A stretch of 64,000 nucleotides of DNA, taken from NCBI GenBank assembly GCA_013239625.1, contig MU053472.1, positions 3,073,822 through 3,137,821 on the forward strand, in the 5' to 3' direction. The first letter of the stretch is position 1, and each line of letters starts with the position of its first letter. Of this stretch, positions 37,521-50,700 are shown piece after piece. A program made the position numbers and the translations under genes. Origin of the DNA: Lama guanicoe. Its lineage: Eukaryota. The notes below the pieces were generated by a model. The model was not told the origin of the DNA. It did no database searches and saw only the letters and a program-made list of their open reading frames with translations.

Positions 37521-38266
37521 TTTTTTTTGTCTTTTTTTTTTTTTACATTTTTATTGATTCATAATCATTTTACAGTGTTGTGTCAAATTCCAGTGTTCAG
37601 TACAATTTTTCAGTCATATATGGACATATACACACTCATTGTCACATTTTTTTCTCTGTGATTTATCATAACATTTTGTGTATATTTCCCTGTGCTATAC
37701 AGTGTAATCTTGTTTATCTGTTCTACAATTTTGAAATCCCAGTCTATCCCTTCCCACCCTCTACCCCCCTGGTAACCACAAGTCTGTATTCTCTGTCCAT
37801 GAGTCTATTTCTGTCCTGTATTTATGCTTTGTTTTTGTTTGTTTGTTTGTTTTTGTTTTTTAGATTCCACATATGAGCGATCTCATATGGTATTTTTCTT
37901 TCTCTTTCTGGCTTACTTCACTTAGAATGACATTCTCTAGGAGCATCCATGTTGCTGCAAATGGCATTATGTTGTCGGTTTTTATGGCTGAGTAGTATTC
38001 CATTGTATAAATATACCACATCTTCTTTATCCAGTCACCTGTTGATGGACATTTAGGTTGTTTCCATGTTTTGGCTATTGTAAATAGTGCTGCTATGAAC
38101 ATTGGGGTGCAGGTGTCATCCTGAAGTAGATTTCCTTCTGGATACAAGCCCAGGAGTGGGATTCCTGGGTCATATGGTAAGTCTATTCCTAGTCTTTTGA
38201 GGAATCGCCACACTGTTTTCCATAGTGGCTGCACCAAACTGCATTCCCACCAGCAGTGTAGGAGGG
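37521..38266 (-). mobile_element. Young 5'-truncated L1: ORF2 C-terminus, 3'UTR and polyA tail
   Basis: ORF 37860..38420 contains uninterrupted [21 protein letters not shown]...TPMFIAALFTIAKTWKQPKCPS...SLICGI*. AATAAA at 37555-37550, poly-T on the plus strand, TSD gaggctgttt (37514-37523) / gagactgttt (38267-38276). Confidence 0.93.
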
Positions 38267-40056
38267 GAGACTGTTTGTAATACGGACTAACTCCACCTAA
38301 CATAATGATCCCCAAAGATATTAGCTTTGGTTGCAAACATGGGGGAAGGAAGCAGTGAGACTGTGAGACTGGTAAAGCTAACTGTGCAGACTTCCTGGTC
38401 ACTCTCATTTCTAAGTGCATCTATCACTTAATGAGAAAGGGATAGAAATTAAAACCAGTTCATCCTGCAGTAACTCATTTGTTGCTCAAGATACAGATTG
38501 GCTAAAGAAAGGAGAAAGGTTTCAGCTAGACTTGCAGGGACCCAGCCTGTGCTGTGGCTGGGCCATCCAGGCGCAGGAACATTTTGTTCACCGGCTTCTT
38601 CCCCCTCCCGACTTGCAGCAGCACTCGTGTCTCAATTTCTTCCAGCCCAAGGAATGAAGCATCTCTGCAAGGTCTGGACAGGGAGTTTGGCCCGGCCGTG
38701 GCAGATTATGCAAAAACAGATCCTGGCCCAGGAGCCCTTGCATTGTCCCAGCCCACACATTCAACACAGAGTTTCCTTGTCTCTTGACACTGAAGAAACT
38801 TTCAGCCTCCAATTTCCACCCTAAGGTAAAGCCTAAGCATATGTACAGTTGTGCCTCAGCCAAGTCAAGTTCCATTTGCCAGTAAAGGACTGGGGCCAGG
38901 CAGCTAGCCACCACCCACAGGCTTCGTCCCATTAAACACAAAACTGGGGATCTGCAGGACCCGCTGTGCCCCATGACAAAGGGACAAGGCGTGGGCTCTG
39001 GGTTCTATCCACCTGTCCACCCTCCCACTTCCCCCCTCTTAGGAGCTTATCTGTCAGCGAGCAGCCGATGGGAAAGCTAAGCTGAAAGGGCACCTTGGCT
39101 GCAGGATCTTTGCCTGAGGATGTGAAATAAGAGACTGGGTATTTGGGGCAACTTAACACCAGTAGGAGCCCAGCCAGAGGGCTAGGGAGGAAGGACTGAA
39201 CAGGCAGACATGGGCTTCACAGGAGATCTTACTCCCCTGGGCTAGGAGGGTGGGGTGGGGGACCAGGGCTGGAATCCCTCCCCTCCAGTGGCATGGAACT
39301 CTGCTCTAGTGAGCTGTGACACACATGTCCCGGGGTGGGGTGGGGGGGACTGCACAGGGTCATTCCCCCTGACCCAGTTGGACCACAAATTAATTAGGGC
39401 TTCTGAGCCCTGCTGACTCTTCTTTCTCTTTCAGGGGCAAAGGGAGTTAATCAGTAAACAGCTTGAGAAAGAATAACTCTTCTGCCCCTGCTGAGCGTCA
39501 CCTGTGCTCTTCCTCAGCTCCTCCCCCGGCCTGCCATGGCTGCATGTGTCAGGAAATCCACTAACCAACAAACGAAACACCCAATGAAAATTTGGAGTGC
39601 CATATTTAATCCAAGTACAAAACCCCAGGTACAGGAAGTTACCTGGTGATTTCAGAGCCAGGCAGACAGCCTGTGAAGGACCAAGAGAGGGGGCTGGCCC
39701 AGGTTCCTCTGCTAATCCAGACCGAAAAATTGGCCGTGTGGCAGAGCACCCAGGGGCATGGCTTGGGGAGGAGGCGGGGGTCACAACTGAATTCCAATTC
39801 TGGTTCTACCATTTCCTTGGCTGGGTCCCCTTGGTCTACTCAATTTGACTAAGCCTCACTCTCTTCATCTGAAATGGGAACAACAGTGCATCTTGCTCTG
39901 GGTTGGCACAAAAGATACGAGTCACATAAAAAGTGCCCAGTAAAGTGCCTGACCACACTTTGGACCTTCGGGAGTGCAAAGCACTGGGTGGTAGATAGCG
40001 GATGGTAGGGACAGCATGTACAGCTATTTTCCAAGCACTGAGGACACGTGTCCTAG

Positions 40057-40418
40057 AGCAGTGGCTCTCAAATATTAGTATTAGATGCATTAGAATCTCA
40101 GAGGGGAGAGGAAGGGTACTTATTAAAAACACAGATCCCTAGTAGGCCTGGGACTAGGGTGAGGCCAGCCAAAAAGCTTGAACACAAGATTTAAGGAGGC
40201 ACCCGCTCTGAGGTGCTGCCTCTGCCTGCACTTGTTCGACCAAGAGTGAGCGCCTCCTTAAATCTGGTGTCCTAGGTGACTTGTCTCCCTCCTTTAGTCA
40301 GGGCTCTGATTCCCAGTCACATTCAGATCAACAGAATAGGAGTCTCTGGAGGTGGGACCTGGAGACCGGCCTTTATCCCAGCTTCTTCTGACGTACTGTC
40401 AGATTTGGGAATCACTGC
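40057..40418. mobile_element. MER5A-like hAT MITE (host of nested MER96)
   Basis: Termini cagtggctctcaaa ... tttgggaatcactg; internal gcattagaatc...ttattaaaaacacagat. Confidence 0.65.
40143..40308. mobile_element. MER96-like hAT-Tip100 palindromic MITE
   Basis: ggactagggtgaggc...agatttaaggaggcac / gcgcctccttaaatct inverted repeat; degenerate 8-bp TSD atccctag/attcccag. Confidence 0.72.
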
Positions 40419-41764
40419 TCAAGAACCCCCACATTCTAATGCCATTTTCAGTTACTCTCAGGCCCTAAAATCCATGAAGACTGCAGAAGCCACTTATTTT
40501 GACCCTTCACTTTTCCCCGTCCTAAACCTCAAAACTACAGCAGAGCCATCTGAGTCCTGCAACTCAGTTCTCCTTTCAAAGTAACAGGAAAACTCAGACG
40601 TGTGGGGTTGCAGCTGCCAGCTTACAATGACTCAGTGAGCCTTAAGAAGCCAGGAAGGTCACCTGAGGGAGTCTCTCACTCAGCAAACCAGGGAACCCAG
40701 GTCCTGAGGTACTCTGAAAGGCCCTCTTCTCAGAGTTATGGGTGTTTGGTGTTTGACAATGATTTATCTGGTTGCTCTTTAGCTGAAAGCATCACCAGGA
40801 AAGGACGGAGCCTGGTTATTAATTACAGCTACTGGCTTAATTGTCGGTGCTTATTAACTTTACACAGTATCAACATTCCTATACATACAAAGCTTGTGGG
40901 TGTACGGTTCGTAGAAGCTAGAGAGAAGTTGAGTCCAATCTGAATCGAATGTTATTACTCCCTTGCTTACAGCGTACAGAATTGAGTCTAAACTCCTTAG
41001 CTGAGCTTCTGGGCCGGACATGATCCACCCCTGCTCAGCTCCTGCCTCCCCCTCACACGGTCTCTCCACCTCCTACCTGGGGGCCCGTAGGCTGGATCTC
41101 CTCTCGAATGTTTCTCTGCCTCTGCTCAGAATGGCTTCCCCTTTCCTGTTCACGTAGTAAACACACACCCTCTTTGCCCTCAGAGCATCCTGAACAATTG
41201 CCTACTCGAAGCTTGTTTTTCACTAATAATAGCTCACCTGCTTGTCTTCCCCACTAGACCACAAGCTACTTAAGACAAACATTTTGTAGTGTCCATTTCT
41301 GCATCCCTGCTGCTCCTACAGTAGTACTCAGTGTGTGCTGACTGGTCAGAGAGGGTACGTGCCTGATCCAGCGCCACACTCAACAGTTAACGGCAGAGCC
41401 AGGCCTAGAGCAAAGGTGGCTTGACTCTTCGTTTAGGGCTTTTAAAGTGGTGCCACTGGCCCACCATCCACGGGACCCCACAATGTTTTCCCATTCAAGT
41501 GATGAGACTGTATGAAACTGTGTGCACTGCCTGGCTGGACCGCCTTGCCACCGTTAGTGGGAAGCTGCGGGGGCCGGGTGGCTCAGGCTGAAGTTTGGCC
41601 TGCGCAGTGGAAATCTTTCTGTCAACCAGACCTTGGCACTGAGCACAGTCCATCAACTCCTACACTCTCCCTACCCAGCGAAGCCCCAGGTTGATTTGGG
41701 ACTCCCGAAATCACATAAACAAACCCATTTCTCCAACACCTATTTCGCAAGAGCCATTCCAATC

Positions 41765-41952
41765 ATCTAGCAAACAGCGCACTAGGGCCAAACCGGGCCT
41801 CTCACCTGCTTTGCAAATAAAGTGTTACTGAAACACAGCCACACTCATTTGCTTATGTCTTCTCTGCGGCTGCAGAGTTGAAACCACAACACCAGCAAAA
41901 CCTAAAATATTAACTATCTGGCCTTGACAGAAAAAGTTTTGCTGACCACTGA
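41765..41952 (+). mobile_element. MER58A-like hAT-Charlie MITE
   Basis: gggccaaa...tttgcaaataaagtgttactgaaacacagccacactcatttg...aaaatattaactatctggcc...aaagttttgctgaccactg. Confidence 0.75.
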
Positions 41953-44900
41953 TACGGCGAAGGAATAAGGAATAAAGTCTCCAGACAGCCCCTCCCTTCT
42001 ACCAAGAGACTGGCTGCCCCCACTCTGGAAGCTCGTGGACCAACTGGCTTTTGCATGATGTCATTTCTTTTTTTAGCAACGGTTACAGGCCTGGGATCCA
42101 GGAGATTTTGCCTCAGAGACACCCAGGGGCCTGAAACACCTAAGCACGTGGCCTGGCATATAATGATGCTCAAGACATGTTTATCAAATAAACCAACCAC
42201 AGGAAGTCAGCCAGTCTGTGCCCTGAACCAGGTCTCTCCTCCCTCCTGTCAGCTTCAAGGTGACCAGTCACACAGGTGCCTGGCAGTAGCCTGGTGACCT
42301 AGATTTGTCAGGCCTTATCTTATCGGCTTTCCTTCCTCCTGTACTTACCCAGCACCTGCCCCCACAGTGCCCAGGGCAGACGGGCCTGTTGTTTTTACAG
42401 AGAAGGAGACAGACTGGGAGGAGCTCTCCTCCCCCACAGATAGACTTTGCCTTTTTCTTTCCTCCCCCACTAAAGGGAGGATCGAGAAATATGGAGACTT
42501 GGAGCTTAAAGGAGCTGCAGAAGTCTGGTTTTTCTCGCTTCCTCTGTCCTTGGGTTTCCTGGGTGAATCGGTCTGGAGTGAGCCTGAAAGGACTCCTCAG
42601 AGCCTACCTGTCATTTGGAACATCCGGCATGTGAAGGGGAGGGGCCAGCTGTGGGTAAAGTCAGCAGAGCAGTCACCAGTGGTGAGAGGCCTGGTGCTAA
42701 GAACAGACATTCCTCCCAAGACACATCAGAGCACAGCCAGTCTGATTCACTGGCCGCCTCAAGCTTTAAGAGCCCAGGTGGCAGTTTTACAGCTTGGGCT
42801 GACACCGTCGAAGAGGACAGGGGCAGTGAGAGGGTAAAGCTGTACACATCTGGGCATCTCATGAAAATCAGGCAGATTGGACAGACAGCAATATGGAACT
42901 GTCGGCTTCTCAGCCGCTCCAGACAATCTTGGGTACCAGGCTCAGGATGGAGCTCCCCACTTGTGCTGCCACGAGCTGCTTCTTCAGACGGTGGGCTTTC
43001 CTGTAACCAAGGATTCTGGGTACAAGCTGGGTGAAAGCAAGGCACACACCTCCACTGTATCCCTGATATCTAACATGCAAGAGGAGCTCACTGAATGCGG
43101 AATGGAGAGGGCTGAGTGCACGCAGGAGTTCTCACTCCAGGATCTTTTGTTTTGGCAAGAAATGCTTTTCTGGCCCCTCGTTTATCTGTTAGAGGGTTGA
43201 CACTTCAGTGAGTGCTCTTGGTGGGACCAGTCCTAACAAGGAGGAAAAGGAGTTTCCTGGGCCCCCTCAAATAGATAATTTTCCTCTTGACAATCTTAAG
43301 TTGCCCCTTCAAAGACCCAAAGATGTTAGTTAGGGCCGGGGGTGGTGGGGGAGAGCCAGTGCCACCTGCCCGGCCTCTTGTCATCCCTGTGGTCTGGACA
43401 GGAGGGACTTTATAGACTGATTAGATGTTGTTGTTTTTAGCAGCGGCTGGCGGAGCTGTCTCCTCCTCTCTTCCTCTCCTGCCTCCCCTCCTTCCTCCTC
43501 CCCTGAGTCACTGTCCAGCCACTAGCAATAGGCAAGGGGCGGGGTGGTGCGGAGGGAAGCAGAGAACGAGTTCTCCTTGGCTTGGCAGCCCTGACCCCAG
43601 AAACAATACTCTGGGTCACCAGGTCAAACCCTCCCTTCAGGAGCTGCCTGAGTGCTTTAAAACCAAAGTGCTGGAGATTCTTTTCTGGTTTTGGTTTTTC
43701 AAAGGTAAGGAAAATGGCTTCTAGCAGAAGAACCTCGCTCCACCCCCACGGTGAAGCATCACAGAGTGAATCAAACTGACAAGCAATTCTCCTCTGCTGC
43801 TCCAACGCTCAGACCCAGAATTCTCTTCCAGCTGCCACGGTAGTTTGAGGTCTCTGTAACCGGTTGATGTGTCGTTCAGAGGCAAAATAACCACCTGGCA
43901 GACTAGAGGGGAAGGGGGCAGGGCCAGATTTTTCCACTTAAATTCTAGAGAGGTCTCCCAGCTGCTTGCAGATAAGCCCCCACCCCCCACGAGCAGAGTG
44001 GAAGCTGCTGCTGCTGTGACTTAATTACCTCCAGACACCTGCTGGGCCCTTTGGAATTACTACAAGGAACAAGAGACTCAGTGATCATACAGGTCTCAGA
44101 AGACCACTGACGACACGGTACACTTAAAGGGCAAGAGCTGAGACCCTCGAGAGAGGAAGGAGCAGATACACCAGGACTGTTATGGGTGCCAGCACCTGGT
44201 TACGTCTGAGTGCTACTTTCTGTTTGGTTTTCTTAATGAATCTTCATAGATAACCAACATTTACTGAGTATTTACTGTGAATGTCCGGCTCTATGATAAA
44301 TACTTTATATTGATCAACTTACTTAATTCCCACAAAAAATCTTACAGGTGTCTAATTATAGGTGTCTAATATTAATATTATTCCCATTTTCCCAGTGAGG
44401 GCACCAAGACAGAGAGAGGCTACTTAACTTGCATAACTACTAAGCAAAAAAGCCAGGGTTTGAGCCCAGGTAGTCTGACTCAGACGTTAAGACTGCTAAC
44501 CACTAAGTTACCTCGGATCAGCTTTGGGGATGATACTACGATGGGAGGACGGGGGAGGTGGCTGGAACTTTTAGTGGCAGTCAAAGCTAATGCCCGAGAG
44601 AACAGTCTTGCCCAAGAGCATGCAGTTTGATGCTGGCCTTCTCTGGGCTGCCAGCCCTCTCCTCCAGGGCTGCGCCCAGCACTTACAAGCACCCGTTATG
44701 TGTACGGCAGTAGGCGGTGGGGCAGGGAAGGGGTGGCAAAGTGCAGAGTCAGTGGGACTCGGTTTCTCTGGGCCTTGGCTTCCTAATTCCCCTAAAATGA
44801 GGGGTCGAACTAGAAAAACCCAGAGGCCCCTCCAGCTCTAAAATTTGGATAATCCGTGACTCCAGGTCTTTGGAATCTTATTAGGAAACAAGACAATTAT

Positions 44901-46624
44901 ACATAAAAGTGCATGTAACCACAATGACACAGACCATATTATTACAAGACAGCCATTACTGATTGCCAAATGAACCACCAGGCAGTGCGTTCTACAGATG
45001 TCCAGTGGAGGGAGAGAAGCCTGCCCTCCAGGAAGACACCCTAGGAAATACTTAAGCTGGTCTTCAAGAATGGGTGCAAACTGAAGAGAGAAAAGGGAAG
45101 AATTCTCCAGGCAAGAGAAAGGTAAGAGGAAGAAGGGGTAGGATTAACCCCCAATGTTACCAAGAGTTCCAGAAAACAGTCGACGGAGCTACCTAGGTCA
45201 GGCTACGGTAAAGAGGGCAGAGACCAATCAAGAGCTGTATCCCACGCAGCGTCACGGTACCCGATGGCCTTAGGCAAGTCACATGACCTCCACCTTGACG
45301 TGATGCTGTAAGGAGTCCTGGCACACAGTAGGTCTCTAATAAATAGTAATCAACAGCAGCAATGTGAGATTTTTTCATTCTGGGGTTTTCTATGGCACCA
45401 ACACAACTGCATCTGGAACATTCTTCTGCCCTCCACAGTGAGCCTTACTTTCCCACGTACCCCAAAGATCGCAGGCTCTCTGAGAGTAGGAATCATTTGG
45501 CTTCTGCTCCCTGTCCCTTGCACCCAGCCGAGGGCCTGGCATGTTGTTTGAAAACACAAAAAATGTTATTGAACTGAACAATCAGTGTATGATGGCAGAT
45601 TCCAAAAATACAAATAGCCAAAGCAGCAATGGTGCCACTTTCCTTCTTGCTTCTCAGGGAGAACACTCTGCTGAAGAGGGTTTGGATTTTCACTAGAAAC
45701 ATGAGCTTGCAACCACCGGAGTCCTTGCTGAAGGCCGAGACACGAATGCACAATCTTAAGACTGGAACCTTACAGGCATTTGAAAACCACAGAGTTAATT
45801 TTCAGGGTACGCCTCATAGCTCAAGTCAACATTTCCTTTCGGTATTTAAAGCAACCACATAGAAAGGACCACATTTGAGCAGATTTTGTGCTCCAGCTGC
45901 CTGCAGTCTGCAGCAAAAAACACAGATGATTCACTCGACTTGGTCCCTAGCAGCTCCTTTGATAATAAATCGGTGAGCAATTCTACTTATGCCCAGATCA
46001 TTAATTTTCACAGACCGTGGGACAGATCTGCCTCCCAACCAAAGAGTGTGACTTCCTGAACTCAATTCCCTTTTACTGTGGCTATAAATGAGAGAGAGGT
46101 TTTTTTTTTAACCTTAGAATGCTTGTATTTCTTTCCCAAGCAGTGGTCAACAAGTATGTATTGAATGATCACCATGTGGCCAGAACACCCTCAGACCACT
46201 GGGGTGTGTACGCACTAGTCTCTCCACTTCCAGTCTCTTCTTCAGCAGTTTACCTCCTACATCTGACATCTGACAGCAGAGCTCCGGTCATGTCACTGCT
46301 TGCTCACAAGTCTTCAGTGGCAGCCAACTGCCAGAAGGACTAAGTCCGAACCTCTATTCTCCCAGCAATCTGACTTCAGCCCACTCTTTCAATCTGTTTT
46401 CACACAGCTCCTCAATGATCTCCCCCAAAAGAGCAGTTGCCCCCCACACACTCCTGGCCCCCACTTCTTTATTCATGCTGCTCTTTTTACTGGCCCCTCA
46501 CGTCTAGGTTCTTGCTTCAAGGTACATCTCAGTGTCACTTCCACCAAGTCTTCCCAGAACTTCTATTTCTAGACATGGATCTTAAGGGGTGTTTTTTGTT
46601 TTCTTGGGGTGGGGGTGGTTGAGG

Positions 46625-46767
46625 GGTTTTTTGGATCAACAATCCTTTGAAGACCTAATGAAAGCTATGGAGCCCTCCCTAGAAAAATATACATACACAC
46701 AGAATTAAACATACAATTTCAGGGATCCCTTGAAGTTAGTCCAAGGACCCCAGATTAAGAATCCCTT
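46625..46767 (+). mobile_element. hAT-Charlie-type MITE fragment
   Basis: cctttgaagacctaatgaaagctatgga...ggaccccagattaagaatccct. Confidence 0.5.
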
Positions 46768-46967
46768 ATTCTGTCTCTATTTTAGAGTACTGATAGCGAT
46801 TCACTCAGATCTTCACTGAAAATTTACCAGTCTTTAGGACTTGGACCAGGTGCTATAGACACCAGGATGACATCACGATCGTCTCCACGAGTAGTTCATA
46901 GGTTAATGGGAGACATTCATCCTCACACTGTGATAAATGCTTTAAGATAAACCTAAGGTAAAGTACA

Positions 46968-47065
46968 CAGCCGCAGGGGACTGGTCCCAGAATCTACTTC
47001 AGATACCAAAATTCGAGGATGTTCAGATCCCTTATGTGGAACTGTGGATACAGAGGGCCAACTGC
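46968..47065 (+). mobile_element. Internally deleted MER2-like (TcMar-Tigger) MITE
   Basis: ggggactggtcccag...gataccaaaattcgaggatgttcagatcccttat joined to ggaactgtggatacagagggccaactg; both resemble MER2 termini. Confidence 0.6.
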
Positions 47066-47090
47066 ACAAACTCCAAGAAGGGATGAGTTT

Positions 47091-47260
47091 GGGGGGCCTG
47101 GTCAAGATGGAGGAGTACGAAGACCCTGAGCCCCGCTCCCACCATGGGCACATCAAAATCACAACTACTCAGAGAGCAACTGTCAGTGAGAATGATCCAA
47201 AGACGAGCAGAAAAGATCTTCTACAACTTAACATATAAAGGAAACAGAACCAGATGAGAC
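47091..47260 (+). mobile_element. L1 5'UTR start fragment fused to the PUS10 retrocopy
   Basis: Begins gggggg..gtcaagatggagg (YY1-type L1 5' terminus motif), then gaagaccctgagc...caaaatcacaactact...agatcttctacaac, resembling recalled laurasiatherian L1 5' ends. Confidence 0.65.
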
Positions 47261-47758
47261 TTAGAGATTGACCAGAAAACACCTGTACCAGGGCCTTCAT
47301 AAGAGGCCCCTAGCTGTGAGAACTCATGCCATTCACTCCATGCATGGAGACATGCTACGTGGATGAGCACCATTTTTCTCCTCTGTTTGAAGACCCAGGC
47401 TGGAACCTACAATGAAGAGTTTGTACATGGAGGCTTTGGAAGAACCAAGCTGAACACTGGCTCCCTGATAATTGTGACTGCAGACATTCCTGAGCTGGAT
47501 GTTGTATCTGCAAAGGTTGACTGGCCCCCTGCTCCAGATGGCTAGCTTTCAAATTTAGAAACAAAGAGTATGGCTTTACGGCACAATGTGGACATCCATT
47601 CAACATACACTGTAGAATGACTGTTTACCCACCATAATGGAAACCATCTGAATCATGCTGACATACATATTTTAAATTTGCTATAACATCTCAAGATCTA
47701 TACATATGTGTGCTTTGGTTTTGTTTTTGTTTTGTTAAATTGTTCTCAGGAAAAAAAA
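47258..47758 (+). pseudogene. PUS10: 5'-truncated processed pseudogene of PUS10 (tRNA pseudouridine synthase 10): C-terminal coding part plus presumed 3'UTR and A-tract
   Basis: With about 3 frameshifts it reads DLEIDQKTP..LHKRPLAVRTHAIHSMETCYVDEHHF.LLCLKTQAGTYNEEFVHGGFGRTKLNTGSLIIVTADIPELDVVSAKVDWPPAPDG* (stop 47543-47545). This matches the recalled PUS10 C-terminus DLKIDQKTPLRVLHRRPLAVR...LKTQAGTYIKEFVHGDFGRTKPNIGSLMNVTADILELDVESVDVDWPPALDD. No introns. Confidence 0.88.
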
Positions 47759-50700
47759 GGAAAAGAAAAGGAAGAGATGGCTTATGAAGCTATTATCTCC
47801 CTAACTAGAGTAAAAGTTCTTCAGGGCAAAATCCATGAGGGTAGAGTCATAATATCTAGTACAGTGCCCTCACCCCACCATGCCCACAGAGAACATATTT
47901 ACTATTTGTGCAGTGACAGAACGGAACCAATGAAACAAAAGGGCAAGTTACAGGCACAGTTCCCACTGCCATCACCCACATGTACCAGAGGCCTCTGAGC
48001 TCCTGTTAAGGTGGTCCCAATGTTGAAAACTATGCTATACAAATTATACCAGCCTGATTTGTGGCTTATCTCACCCTGAACTGATTCAATCTCTGTCCCC
48101 ATGCGCAGAAGATATCATAACATGTTATATTATACAAATCCTAAATAATTTCTTTTCACCAAGAAACACTATAATCTAACCACATTCCTCTGTTTGGAGA
48201 TTTGCTGTACAGACTTGGTTCACCTGTCACCCCTTCCTGGGTGGTCAGCAGACAGCTCATTTGCACCCCTCCAGAAATAACACTCCATTAGTAGGAGATT
48301 AGGGCTTTCAAAGATCAAATAGTTGTGGAAAAGAAGTAATTGCAGGTTGGATATGTGATTTTTCCTTACAAGTTAAACTGAATGTGTTCGTAAACTGGGC
48401 TTCCTGGCTTATGTTGGAACTCTTCCATAATTTATCACTTATGCTTTTACCGAACCCTCAGAAATGCTCTTTAGGAAACTGACAAAAACACACAACAACG
48501 TTTTGCAAATATTGCAAAAGAAGCAAAAGTACCCACTATGGTATGGGTTGTGCAACACTGACTATCCTCAACCTTTTGTTTCTTGAAACCTATCAATCAC
48601 TCTGGTCTTAGGTCCCCACTATTTTAGAAACAAAAACAACCACTTTTAATGAGACAGACAGACATAGGTTTACATGCAATCTGGCTTTTTTCCTAGAATA
48701 GAAATACTAATTTTATTGAATTATGGTTTTATAATAGTCATCCATTGGATCCTAAAATTTCTTGGTTAACAAAATTACAATATAACATATATTCTGCAAG
48801 TTAGAAAAGCTCACAAAATTATCTTCAAGGACCATCTTACTGCATGTGTTCTTTAGGAGTTATGCTGCTTAACGTTATGTGGTAGTCACTAACACTCCTA
48901 ATATAATCTGATGCTCACTGTAACATTTTCCAGGGCATTTAGAAAAAAAGAAATGAGTAGATGTTTTAGAAATTCTGTTCCTGCATTTAGTTTTTACATG
49001 AAGTTTTCAGGACATAAATAACTGTATTAATATTCCGGAGTCTTAGTTTTATTGCACATTAAAGACAAGCTGGTGGGTGGTGGGAATTAGAGACAAATCC
49101 CTGACAAATTCCCAAGTGGTCCACAGTCTCTAAGTCATTGTGTTGGGGGTACAAGTCTCGCTGGGCATCACTGTGGAGAACACTCATGCTCAGAAGCAGA
49201 GGTGGGAGCCTGAGGCAGAGCGGGCCTCTCAGAAGCCACCAGGTCAATACAAGGCTTCAGGTTTCCGAGCAAATCCCTCCCTGCCACTTTTCTCAAAGCA
49301 ATGCTATAGCTAATACCTAGGCAAGAAGGTAAAACCAAAATGCCACCACTGTAAGCCTAATGGAACCCTGCAGGGAGCAAAAAGAACCTGCCTCCTAATT
49401 AGACTGCAGCCTCAGAAGGAGGCCCAGCTCCTCACAGAGTGAGGCCGAGACGCGGCCTGGCCCCGAGGCTGTGTCACCTCAGGCTGGTCACTGACCTGCC
49501 CACTTTACTGCCTCCTATGACACCTTCCCTCTAAGGATCCAGTGCACTTAGAGCAACCTGTGTCTTGGAATGAAGCCAAAGTGGGTTCATGGTAGGTTAA
49601 TCCGATTCACCGCTTTTTTTTTTTTTTTGACAATATTGGTTCTTTTTATTGGGAACATGCTTCAACATTTACTGTGTACAATTTACCACTCTTAAATGGC
49701 CTACCTGCAGTGCCACCGAAGGGTTAGCAGGAGGGAGGCAAGGAAAGGACTACAGATAGGAAATTTCTATGGAAAAGTTTTGTGAAGATCCAGGTTCCCA
49801 CAATAGACAGTATCCACTTAAACGAGCATTAGATGGTTCTCACTGGGGACAACTAACCGCTCCAATTGAAACTAGTATTATTTTATAGCCAAAGCATGTT
49901 TTTATACTGGGACTTGCACCATTAAGTGAGAAACTGTGAGCAATTCCTCCTGCTAACCCAAAATACCTCTGCGTGCAAACACTTCAGCATTTAGACCACA
50001 ACACCCCCTAAGAAAGAAGTTGTAGGAGGCCTCAGCACATTCCCTAGATAGTTCTGTCATCGATTCAAACCCCCCCCCAACCGCCCCACATCCTACAGAG
50101 CAAATGCTGTTACCTTTCTGCCAACACACACACACACACACACAACTCTGCTGCTCTACTACTGCCTTATCCTCTTAAATCCAACTCCTGTGCCCCAGGT
50201 TCTAAAGTGAAACTGTCTTGGCTAAACCAAATTTGCTTAGTGTTAGGCAGTAACGAACCCCTCCATTCTCCCTCCTTGCCTTTTTTTTTTGGACATCAAG
50301 GCCAAGAGAAGCAAAGGAAACTACTTTATCTTTGCATAGAGCTTTGTGATTTGCAAACCACCCACACATCCATGATCTCACCCAGCCTCATAACAACCCA
50401 GTGAGGTAAACCTGCTCCCCCTACACTCAAGTAAGGTAGGCCCGCCTCCTAGGACTGTTACAGCAAAGGCACAGAGTACGCACACTGGAAGGGCAAGCTC
50501 CTAACCATCAGACCCAGCCAATGTTATTTTACTCATTTCATCAGTGAGAAAATGAGACTCAGGTTGGACAGCTGATTCCAGGCAATGAGGCCTCAAAGAA
50601 TCTAGACCACGCTTGGAAGACGGAAAGCCCATACAGGAGTCTTTTCACCACCATATCAACGCAGAATCTAATTGTTTAAAACTTGATAACTACACATTTC

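Noticed and set aside
37860..38420. 186-aa ORF as an independent gene
   Set aside because: It is the C-terminus of a 5'-truncated L1 ORF2 with a non-ATG start in flanking DNA.
47363..47545. 60-aa PUS10-like ORF as a functional retrogene
   Set aside because: Several frameshifts upstream, substitutions in conserved motifs, and most of the catalytic domain is missing.
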